Shown here piece by piece: positions 50,967 through 59,410 of a stretch of 64,000 bases of DNA (its first letter is position 1; every line of letters begins with the position of its first letter). The translations under genes were made by a program, and so were the position numbers. The notes beneath the pieces are model-generated. The model did not search any database. It had not been told where the DNA came from and saw only the letters and a list, made by a program, of their open reading frames with translations. Origin of the DNA: Marinicella sp. (GTDB taxonomy: Bacteria; Pseudomonadota; Gammaproteobacteria; Xanthomonadales; Marinicellaceae); the NCBI GenBank assembly GCA_965230295.1, contig OZ246001.1, positions 608,001 through 672,000 of the forward strand, read 5' to 3'.

Positions 50967-51829
50967 GGTTGAAACTCTGATAAGTTGAGGTTAAGGTTCA
51001 TTTTACGGCCATTTCGCATCACCGTAACATTCACATCTGCATTGCTTTCTAATTGTTTTTGGAGGGTCAGGATGTTTTGATAGGATATCTCCACACCATT
51101 AACCGCTACAATTTGATCATTGGAGCGCAAACCTTGTTTGACCAATGCACTGCTGCCGGATAATTGGGAAACCCGCAAGCCGGCAATTTGTCCCTGATTG
51201 TCTCTGACCACACTGACCTTACTGGCCATTTGTGCGATTTTATTCGGATCATACTTCTGCTGATCTAACATCTCTTGCCAGTCAGATGACTTTTTGATGT
51301 GATTTGCTATCCGTTGGGATGATGCTTCACGGTTAGCCACAGTTGGATTTTTTCTGGGTTGGGTGCTGGTTGAAATGTTGCGGCCTTTACTGAGGGACAA
51401 CTTTTCATTGCGATTGCCTGAACGCTTAAGCACCAAATGGTCATCATGGATGGCTGCCAGTTCAGCCAAACCAAATACATCGTCGCCGACTTGAAACTTC
51501 TTCTCATCACCTTGGGTATTGCGTATATAAGCACGACCTTGAGCAGGATCATCACTGGCAAAAATACCAGTCACGATCAGATTCAAAGCCGTTTCACCTT
51601 GCAGTAAATCAAGCGGTAACTCGGTTTCTGAAGAGGAACCAAATAGGTGGTAAGTGGATGGCTTTGGGCGTTGGTTGAAACTGGTCAGTTGAGTGGGTCT
51701 TGCAGTGACGGCTTCGATGTCACTTGCCTGGTGTTTGGGGAACAAAACAAACTGCACCCACAACCAAGCAATCAGCCCCAGCAGCACCCAAGTAATGATT
51801 GGTTTTAAATGTTTTTTGTAACTACTCAA
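50963..51829 (-). CDS. gspC: Type II secretion protein GspC
   Basis: TM helix, HR domain (LIVTGI), C-terminal PDZ; precedes gspD. Confidence 0.8.
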   Translation of the reverse strand: MSSYKKHLKPIITWVLLGLIAWLWVQFVLFPKHQASDIEAVTARPTQLTSFNQRPKPSTYHLFGSSSETELPLDLLQGETALNLIVTGIFASDDPAQGRAYIRNTQGDEKKFQVGDDVFGLAELAAIHDDHLVLKRSGNRNEKLSLSKGRNISTSTQPRKNPTVANREASSQRIANHIKKSSDWQEMLDQQKYDPNKIAQMASKVSVVRDNQGQIAGLRVSQLSGSSALVKQGLRSNDQIVAVNGVEISYQNILTLQKQLESNADVNVTVMRNGRKMNLNLNLSEFQP

Positions 51830-51999
51830 GGAGCCTCTGAAAAATGTCTAAAATCTTTACTTGGCATGAATCTCATTTCAAGCACTGCTTTGGGTCATTT
51901 TAAGGTGCGGTGAGCAACTTTGCAATAACCCAGAACAATCTTAAAACAGTTCAGGATTTTACCGAATTCGGCTTTTTTGAGGCTCCTGGATTCAATCCA

Positions 52000-53772
52000 T
52001 CAAAACTCTGCTTCAGTGATGTCCATTAAGGTCTGGGCACCCGTCATGATGGTGGCTTTCAATGAATGACATCTGGGTAGAATTTTATTGAAGTAAAAGG
52101 CAGCAGTTTTCTTTTTTCCACTGTAAAAATCTGCACCCAACTGACCTTTGTTGTTTTCTGCTGAGGCATACATTTGTGCCCAGAAATAGGCCAGGACCAC
52201 ATAGCCAGACAACATCAGGTAATCCACTGATGCAGCACCCACTTCGTCTGGATTCTGCATGGCTTGACCAACGATGTGTTGTGTCACCTCTTGCCACATA
52301 TTGAGGTAACTTTGTAAATCATCATTCAACGGTGTGTTGTTGTCGTTGATGAAGGCCTGAATCAAATCAGCTATTTCACCCAATTGGCCTTTTTGCATCA
52401 TCAACATTTTACGCCCTGTCAGGTCAAGTGCCTGAATGCCGGTTGTGCCTTCATATAAGGTGAAAATCTTGGCATCACGGTGCCATTGTTCCTGGCCATG
52501 TTCACGGATGTAACCGTGTCCACCGTAAACCTGAACACCATAATTGGTGGCTTCCATCGCGACTTCGGTTAAAAATGCTTTGATGATGGGCGTTAAGAAT
52601 GCCAACAGTTGTTCTGCTTTTTGCACCTCATCAGCATCCTGACTGTGTTTGATCACTTCAATTTTTTGACCCACAAAATAAGCCATCGCACGGTTACCTT
52701 CGGCAAAGGCTTTTTGAGTCAACAACATGCGTCTGACATCGGCATGAACGATGATTGGGTCAGCCGGTTTATTGGGTAATTTAGGTCCTGTGGCAGAGCG
52801 CATTTGTAAACGGTCTTTGGCATAGGCCAAAGCATTTTCATAGGATGCTTGGGTGGCTGACAAACCTTGAATGCCGGTGTTTAAGCGTGCGCCATTCATC
52901 ATGGTAAACATGATTTTTAAACCATCATTGCCTTCGCCGATCAAATAACCTTTGGCATCATCAAAGTTCATCACACAGGTGGCCGAGCCATTCAAGCCCA
53001 TTTTGTGTTCAATACTCGCTGCTGCCAATGAATTGCGTTCACCCACTTCGTTGTTTTCATTCAACATGAATTTAGGCACCAAAAACAAAGAGATGCCCTT
53101 GGTCCCTTTGGGCGCATCCGGCAATCTGGCCAACACCAAATGAACGATGTTGTCTGCCAAATCATGCTCACCGGAGGTGATGAAAATTTTGGTACCTGTG
53201 ATTGCATAGAGCTTATCGTCAAGCGGTTTTGCCGAGGTGTTCACCAAACCCAAATCTGTACCACAGTGAGGCTCGGTCAGACACATCGTACCTGTCCATT
53301 CACCGGTGGTTAATTTGGGTAAGAACTGCTGTTTATGTAAGTCAGAAGCGAAATGCTCAATCAATTCCCGGGCACCATGGGTTAATCCCGGGTAGTTAGA
53401 CCAACCTGGACAGTAATAAGTGTTGAGCTCGCCCAAAATCAACTGCAACCAATAACTCAAACCTTGGCCACCATATTCAGGGTCACCATCCAATGAAGCC
53501 CATCCAGATTCGCAATAGTCTTTATAAAGTTGTTTAAAGCCATCTGGTGTGGTCACAGTATCGCCTTCATGACGACATGCCTGCTCATCGGCATTGCGAT
53601 TTAGGGGGCCTGCATTTTCATGCAAAAACTTTGAGGCTTCTTCCACAATGGTCATGAATGTTTCGGCATCGATCTCTTCATGCACACCGAGGTTTTGATA
53701 ATGAGAAGTGAGGTCAAGCACTTCATCGGCTATGAACTGAATGTCTTTAATTGGTGCGGGTATATTGGCCAT
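52000..53772 (-). CDS. Acyl-CoA dehydrogenase
   Basis: TMCLTEPHCGTD, GTKIFIT, EHKMG, QVYGGHGY, YEGTTGIQALD. Confidence 0.95.
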   Translation of the reverse strand: MANIPAPIKDIQFIADEVLDLTSHYQNLGVHEEIDAETFMTIVEEASKFLHENAGPLNRNADEQACRHEGDTVTTPDGFKQLYKDYCESGWASLDGDPEYGGQGLSYWLQLILGELNTYYCPGWSNYPGLTHGARELIEHFASDLHKQQFLPKLTTGEWTGTMCLTEPHCGTDLGLVNTSAKPLDDKLYAITGTKIFITSGEHDLADNIVHLVLARLPDAPKGTKGISLFLVPKFMLNENNEVGERNSLAAASIEHKMGLNGSATCVMNFDDAKGYLIGEGNDGLKIMFTMMNGARLNTGIQGLSATQASYENALAYAKDRLQMRSATGPKLPNKPADPIIVHADVRRMLLTQKAFAEGNRAMAYFVGQKIEVIKHSQDADEVQKAEQLLAFLTPIIKAFLTEVAMEATNYGVQVYGGHGYIREHGQEQWHRDAKIFTLYEGTTGIQALDLTGRKMLMMQKGQLGEIADLIQAFINDNNTPLNDDLQSYLNMWQEVTQHIVGQAMQNPDEVGAASVDYLMLSGYVVLAYFWAQMYASAENNKGQLGADFYSGKKKTAAFYFNKILPRCHSLKATIMTGAQTLMDITEAEF

Positions 53773-53774
53773 AA

Positions 53775-53792
53775 TTCAAACGTTTGTTTTAA
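53775..53792. promoter_or_regulatory. PsrA-type operator
   Basis: TTCAAAC-GTTT-GTTTTAA resembles the PsrA box (TTCAAAC-N4-GTTTGAA) and lies next to the start codon of a beta-oxidation gene. Confidence 0.65.
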
Positions 53793-53938
53793 AAAGAAAA
53801 GCATTTTAACATTGCTTATGTGAGAATAAAATAAACCAGCAGTAAATTTTGTGACTAAATCGAACAGCCGCTGGGTCAGTCTGCTCTACTTATGTGAAAT
53901 TGGGAAAAAACACACGAAGGTATATGCCTTGAATTCAC

Positions 53939-54571
53939 GGAAAGCTGCTAAGCAGTTTGACCCGCCGAGCCGGTTAGGCAAATCATGCAATCATGGCGAT
54001 TTTGCAAAGCAAAGAAGCCTTGATGTAATGATTGATTAGCCGTGAGCTTTTGTTATAGCGGCCGCTATCGCTCCTAGCTATCGCGGCAGACCTACATCCA
54101 TGTAGTCACCTCTGATACCGGCATCCTGCCTCCTCAGAGGACTTACTTCCATGTAAGCCAATCAGAGGCGAAGAGAATAGCCAATGAGCATATGGTGATT
54201 TGACGAAGTCAAGAAACCTTATGTGAATGGCGTTATAGCACAGGCAATGAAAGTTGGGCGGTTTTATCGAAGATAAAGAAGCCCGATTTGAATGCCGCAG
54301 TGCGTGCGAGGTAGCAAGTCTTGTTCGCCTCGGCAGCTACCGCATCGATCCCCAGGACGGGGTGAATGCAGAGAATTGTTGGGAACAATTCCTGCCTGCT
54401 ATCGCTGCATACTTACATCCATGTAAGCAGTCGTTTTCACTTTTGTCTGGAACAGACATGCAGTGCGAAGCAACTGCTCAGACAATAGTCTGTAAAGGTC
54501 GGTTTATTTGCGCAGCAAATATGAAGACCTGTCAGACCATGAACCAGAATGAAGCCCCAAGAACATTCCTT
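53939..54571 (+). repeat. Modular palindromic intergenic repeat, copy 3 (largest, ~630 bp)
   Basis: Same head and tail as copies 1 and 2; contains modules homologous to 1141-1211, 1215-1289 and 1307-1367 plus extra hairpins. Confidence 0.9.
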
Positions 54572-54572
54572 T

Positions 54573-55697
54573 TTAAAATGACTTGAGCGCTGACAAAAGT
54601 GCTTGATTCACCAGATCAATCCCGGCATTGTTGAAATGTGTTGGATCTCCAAAATACTGGCACGATTTTTTATCGGCAAACAAATCACGCAAGTCGATTA
54701 ACTTAAAATTTGGGTGATCATCAAAAGCGGCAATGATTTGTTGGGTAATGATTCCCGCATTTTGCGGTTTGTAGATGTAATCATGTGACTCATGTTCTGG
54801 CAACAACAACAAAACAAAATCTTTATTTTGTTGCAAGACATGGTCAATCAAAGTCGTCCAATTCTTGATCAATTGTGCCTGATTTTTCACCGGAGGCACC
54901 GGTAAATTTTTAGCGGCCCTCAGTTTTGCTATCGGGGTGCTGCAACTGCGATGTATAAAACTGAAGCCATCTAACTCAGTCACTGTGTGATCGATCACAC
55001 GGGTACTTTGAATGCAATCATCGATGGTTTTTAAAGGGTGTGCACACAGGTCATCTTTAACTTCTTTTTTGAAATTCAAAATGGCATCAATTGAGCCTTT
55101 TCTATTGGCGTATCTAATCCTGTTAAACCTGAATTTCGGGTTGTTAATGAATGCTTTTATGTCTGCAAAGTAAGTGACCCATGCCAACGAATAAAAGTGT
55201 CTTAACCACTCGTCATAAGGATGCAACGGCCGATAATTATCAAAATCCATGAATGCTTTGAAAGGCCATGCAACCTTGTATTGCTTATTCATATAGCTGT
55301 AATGAGCAAAGCCGTTTTCACTGATGCCAAGCATCACGCCTTGAAGTGAAGACATGTTCGCCATTGACCAGTCAATGGTGGTTTGGATGGACACAAAGTT
55401 AGCACTGCCAAATGACATTCGGGTGTGGACCAAACCTTGTTTCTGGCGTAACGCTGCAACATGTTGGTGGTTGATGCCCCAGTCCACCCTTGAATCGCCC
55501 ACTGTAATCCAGTTGATTTGATCAAGACCCTGGGACTCAATGGCTTTCAATCTATAGGTGACATCTCCTAAAAAAGATTCAGGCTTAACCCATTTGTCAT
55601 ACCACCCCACTCTGAGCATGATTTCGGTGATTAAAAACAAGCCCAGCAACACCACCCAGGGTAACCAGAATTTTTTATGTTTAAAAAATGACCACAT
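54573..55697 (-). CDS. SGNH-like periplasmic O-acyltransferase partner (AlgJ/DltD-like)
   Basis: N-terminal TM, GDSR and DPTH motifs; follows an MBOAT; start at MWSFF. Confidence 0.7.
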   Translation of the reverse strand: MWSFFKHKKFWLPWVVLLGLFLITEIMLRVGWYDKWVKPESFLGDVTYRLKAIESQGLDQINWITVGDSRVDWGINHQHVAALRQKQGLVHTRMSFGSANFVSIQTTIDWSMANMSSLQGVMLGISENGFAHYSYMNKQYKVAWPFKAFMDFDNYRPLHPYDEWLRHFYSLAWVTYFADIKAFINNPKFRFNRIRYANRKGSIDAILNFKKEVKDDLCAHPLKTIDDCIQSTRVIDHTVTELDGFSFIHRSCSTPIAKLRAAKNLPVPPVKNQAQLIKNWTTLIDHVLQQNKDFVLLLLPEHESHDYIYKPQNAGIITQQIIAAFDDHPNFKLIDLRDLFADKKSCQYFGDPTHFNNAGIDLVNQALLSALKSF

Positions 55698-55698
55698 A

Positions 55699-57108
55699 TC
55701 AGAACTGGAAATACATGAATGATTCGGCTTCCTGCGCACCAAAAAACACCAACAACAAGAGGAACAGTGATTGCCAGGTGACGTATGTCATGGTGCCCAT
55801 TTGGGTACAACGTTCAGCAAAACCATAATTAAAAGTCACTTTATGTAGCACCATTAAACCAACGACCAACGGGAACCCGAAACCATAAAAATCACTCAGT
55901 CTAACACCACCACTCATGGTAAAGATGTTTTCAATCATTTGAGTGCTTTGAGAAAAATCTTCCGCCCTGAAGAAAATCCACGCAAAACACACCAGATTAA
56001 AGACCAACATCCACTTCAATAACCTGACCCACTTAAGCTCTAAATTCCAAGATAAGGCCGGGTATTGTGCCAGTTTTCTTTCAATGGCAAGGTACACCCC
56101 ATGTAAAACACCCCACACGGCAAAGTTCCATGAAGCGCCATGCCATAAACCGCCCAAAAACATGGTTAAAAATAAATTTCTTTGCGTTTTCCAAGACCCC
56201 TTTCTGTTACCACCCAGGCTGATGTAAAGGTAATCTCTCAACCACCTAGATAAAGTCATGTGCCAGCGTCGCCAGAAATCCTGCACAGATAAGGCCACAT
56301 AAGGGTGATTGAAGTTTTTAGGAAACTGGAAGCCCAACAACAAGGCCACACCAATGGCAATGTCGGTATAGCCCGAGAAATCAAAATAGATTTGAAAAGC
56401 GAATGCATACACGGCAATCAGGGTCGTGATACCGCTCACACCTTCAGGATCATTGAAAACCGGATCTGCAATCAGGGCCAAATTATCAGCAAACACCACT
56501 TTTTTCACCAAGCCCAAAGTGATGATGAACACCCCTTTTTGCGCCATGTTAAAACTGAAGTGGCGTTTTTCATCAAGCTGTTGAAAGAATTCGGAGGCCC
56601 GTACAATTGGACCTGCAACCAGCTGAGGGAAAAATGAAACAAACAAAGCATAATCTGAAATTTGATGCCTGGGCGTGAGTTCTTTTCGATAAATATCGAT
56701 TGTGTAACTCAGACTTTGAAAGGTATAAAATGAAATACCAACCGGCAACAAAATATCTATGGCTGCCAACTGGTAATCATAACCAGTTGCCGCCATCACC
56801 TGATTGGCGCTGTTAAACACAAAATTGATGTATTTAAAGAACCCCAATATACCCAGGTTAACCAATAAGCTGATGTTTAAATATTTTCTGGGGTTATCGG
56901 CTTTGAAACACTTCAAACCGATGACGTAATCGGCACAGATGGTGACATAGATCAGAATCAAATAGGTCCAGTTCCACTGTCCATAAAAGAAGGCACTGGC
57001 AGCAACTAAAAACCAAATTTCCAGCCTTTTTGAATAAATCCGACACAATGCACTGACCAGCAACACCACAACCAGAAAAACAAAAAAGTCGACACTGTTA
57101 AAAAGCAA
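55699..57108 (-). CDS. MBOAT O-acyltransferase (AlgI/PatA-like)
   Basis: LPVGISFYTFQ, FPQLVAGPI, DFSGYTDIA, FWRRWH, GLWHGA. Confidence 0.93.
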   Translation of the reverse strand: MLFNSVDFFVFLVVVLLVSALCRIYSKRLEIWFLVAASAFFYGQWNWTYLILIYVTICADYVIGLKCFKADNPRKYLNISLLVNLGILGFFKYINFVFNSANQVMAATGYDYQLAAIDILLPVGISFYTFQSLSYTIDIYRKELTPRHQISDYALFVSFFPQLVAGPIVRASEFFQQLDEKRHFSFNMAQKGVFIITLGLVKKVVFADNLALIADPVFNDPEGVSGITTLIAVYAFAFQIYFDFSGYTDIAIGVALLLGFQFPKNFNHPYVALSVQDFWRRWHMTLSRWLRDYLYISLGGNRKGSWKTQRNLFLTMFLGGLWHGASWNFAVWGVLHGVYLAIERKLAQYPALSWNLELKWVRLLKWMLVFNLVCFAWIFFRAEDFSQSTQMIENIFTMSGGVRLSDFYGFGFPLVVGLMVLHKVTFNYGFAERCTQMGTMTYVTWQSLFLLLLVFFGAQEAESFMYFQF

Positions 57109-57208
57109 ATTTAAATAAAGATCCGTTTACAAATCTTTTGCCAATGAGAAAACTGGATTTTACCAAATAAGCCTTCAGTAGCCAGAATTTATTTTAGACC
57201 ACCACTGA

Positions 57209-58132
57209 TTAACTCTTGATTGCGTTGAAATAGTCTGACATTTCTGCTCGCATGGCTTGATCAGGGACTTGTCCAATCAGAGATTGCATGTTTTCTTGCA
57301 TGTGAGTTAATTGACTGGTGGCAGGAATGGCACAGGTCACTGCTGGATGTGAAATCACGAATTTCAAAAAAAACTGTGCCCAGCTGTCACAACCGATCTC
57401 GCTGGCCCAATCTGGCAGTTGTTTGCCAGCCACACGGGTGAACAGGCCACCTGTCTGGAAAGGCCGGTTGATGATAACCGCAACACCACGATCTTGAGCC
57501 AAAGGCAGCAGGTAGTTTTCTGCTTCCCGATCCTGGATGTTGTAGGTGAATTGTACAAAGTCTATGCGGTGCGACCTGATCAAATCAATCAACTCACTGT
57601 GACGTCGCCCATGCGAAGTGGTGACTCCTGTGTACTTGATTTTCCCCTCAGCTTTCCATTGATTTAAAGTCGTTAAATGCTGCTGCCAATCCAACAGGTT
57701 ATGTACTTGCATCAAGTCCATGTGGTCCAGCCCCCAAAGTTTGATTGACTGATTCATTTGTTCAATGCCCATTCGCTGGCCTGGAATCCATACTTTTGTA
57801 GCAGCAAACAATGATTTTGCCTTGTTCACTTGAGGCAAAACAGCACCCAATAATTGTTGGGCATTCCCATACATCGGTGAGGAATCAATAAGCTGGCCTC
57901 CACCCGCAAAAAATGCCTCAAGTATGGCCACATATTTGTTCAGATTGATTCGTTCTGGAGAATGATCAAAGGTAATCCATGTTCCCATACCTACGGCTGG
58001 AATGGACGCCCCGGTTGAAGGGATGGTTTTTTGCAACAGCAATGAACCATTTTTCGCCAATAAGGAATTTGGAAGTTTTATGGCCAGTCCCATCAAGGCC
58101 ATGGCTTGCAACAGTTTTCTGCGTGTGTACAT
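57209..58132 (-). CDS. Aldo/keto reductase with Tat-like signal
   Basis: TRRKLL; GMGTW, IDSSPMYG, ATKVW, QVHNL, IPATS. Confidence 0.9.
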   Translation of the reverse strand: MYTRRKLLQAMALMGLAIKLPNSLLAKNGSLLLQKTIPSTGASIPAVGMGTWITFDHSPERINLNKYVAILEAFFAGGGQLIDSSPMYGNAQQLLGAVLPQVNKAKSLFAATKVWIPGQRMGIEQMNQSIKLWGLDHMDLMQVHNLLDWQQHLTTLNQWKAEGKIKYTGVTTSHGRRHSELIDLIRSHRIDFVQFTYNIQDREAENYLLPLAQDRGVAVIINRPFQTGGLFTRVAGKQLPDWASEIGCDSWAQFFLKFVISHPAVTCAIPATSQLTHMQENMQSLIGQVPDQAMRAEMSDYFNAIKS

Positions 58133-58209
58133 GAATCAATCCACCTCTTGATTGATTATATGGACTGAAATACTTGTGATTGGTTCCCATAGTTTCATTT
58201 ATTCAGACC

Positions 58210-58234
58210 AGAGTGGCGTGTGTGACGCCACTCT
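58210..58234 (-). terminator. Hairpin downstream of 58256-58774
   Basis: AGAGTGGCGT-gtgtg-ACGCCACTCT. Confidence 0.5.
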
Positions 58235-58255
58235 TTGTTACCCTTGGTTACCCAC

Positions 58256-58774
58256 TCATTGTTTGATTTTCTTGATCTCATTATTCAACATGAACACTTC
58301 TTTTTCAAACTGTTGTAAGTCGTATTTTTGTTGTAATTGACTCAATTCGTGGTTGTATTCCTTGATACCATATTGGTAGTACAAGTCTTTGATTTCCGCC
58401 TCGAAACCAGGGTAATAAATTCCAAATGATCCGGGGTGCAAGAACGGGCACGACAAACACCTTGGCGGAAATGGTGATTTTAACCAGGCAGCCAAATCCA
58501 GTTCTGGAACGGTACTGGTTCTTGGACCACAAGGCAAAGACCTCGATGGATCGACCGACACGGATCTGGGGTCCGGGGCTCGAGGGAACATGCTCACATA
58601 GTTGGCAATAATGTTCGCTTCGTTTTCCTGGCATGCGGCTTCTGTTTCACCTGCCGGCTGCGCGCTGTGATCATCAGTAAATACCACCAGTGAACTGTAA
58701 CCAGTGGTGAACGATTGTGCCCAAGAACCTGAGAAACCCAGACTTAAGATGGTGATTAATAATATTCTTTTCAT
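58256..58774 (-). CDS. Hypothetical secreted protein with CxxC
   Basis: GGAG SD, signal peptide, PRCLSCP, helical C-terminus. Confidence 0.7.
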   Translation of the reverse strand: MKRILLITILSLGFSGSWAQSFTTGYSSLVVFTDDHSAQPAGETEAACQENEANIIANYVSMFPRAPDPRSVSVDPSRSLPCGPRTSTVPELDLAAWLKSPFPPRCLSCPFLHPGSFGIYYPGFEAEIKDLYYQYGIKEYNHELSQLQQKYDLQQFEKEVFMLNNEIKKIKQ

Positions 58775-59161
58775 GATTTTACTCCTTAAATAATTAAATT
58801 TTTCTTCACCGATTCAGATCAGTGACGTCAATTTAAGTCGTATAGAAAGCAAAATTCATGACATGCAGGGGGTGCAATTACGACAGCCAGTGATTGAATT
58901 GAGAACAGTTTCACAATATGGCTGAAGCGACGAATCATTTGTCCTTGAACCATTGACAAGTATGGTTATGAACACCAGAGACCAATGTGCTTATTGATTT
59001 AAGTAACCCAACTAAAATATTTTTGTCTCAGTCCCTTTTCAGGTGAGTATGCCTTATAGGCTACACAGGTTTATCAATGATGATGTCATGGTTTTTGTAC
59101 TAATTACGTAATAAATACAGAGGCTCGTGTGAGTCTATTATCTTTAAATTGTGGGGTGTAT

Positions 59162-59401
59162 ATGAGAAAGACAGGATTGTGTGTGATCCTTTTGTTCAGC
59201 CAACTGGCGTTTGGGCAATTGGAGATTAACAAAAAACTGATAGGTCATTCCGGCCAGCAATCAGAAAGTGACAACTATGAGCTGACAGCCAATATTACAC
59301 AGGGCATCAGTAATCAAAATATGTTGTCTGCCAACTATGCGTTGCAAGCTGGTTTCTGGCAGGAGAACACAGATTTAATTTTCAAAAGTGATTTGGATTG
59401 A
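59162..59401 (+). CDS. Small secreted protein with DLIFKSDLD tail
   Basis: Signal peptide; two S..Y.L repeats ending in GFW; start at MRKTG. Confidence 0.7.
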   Translation: MRKTGLCVILLFSQLAFGQLEINKKLIGHSGQQSESDNYELTANITQGISNQNMLSANYALQAGFWQENTDLIFKSDLD

Positions 59402-59410
59402 GGTGGGGTT

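Noticed and set aside
54592-54601. GACAAAAGTG inside the SGNH gene, complementary to CACTTTTGTC at 54438-54447
   Set aside because: Only 10 bp, in coding sequence and outside the conserved element end; chance cannot be excluded
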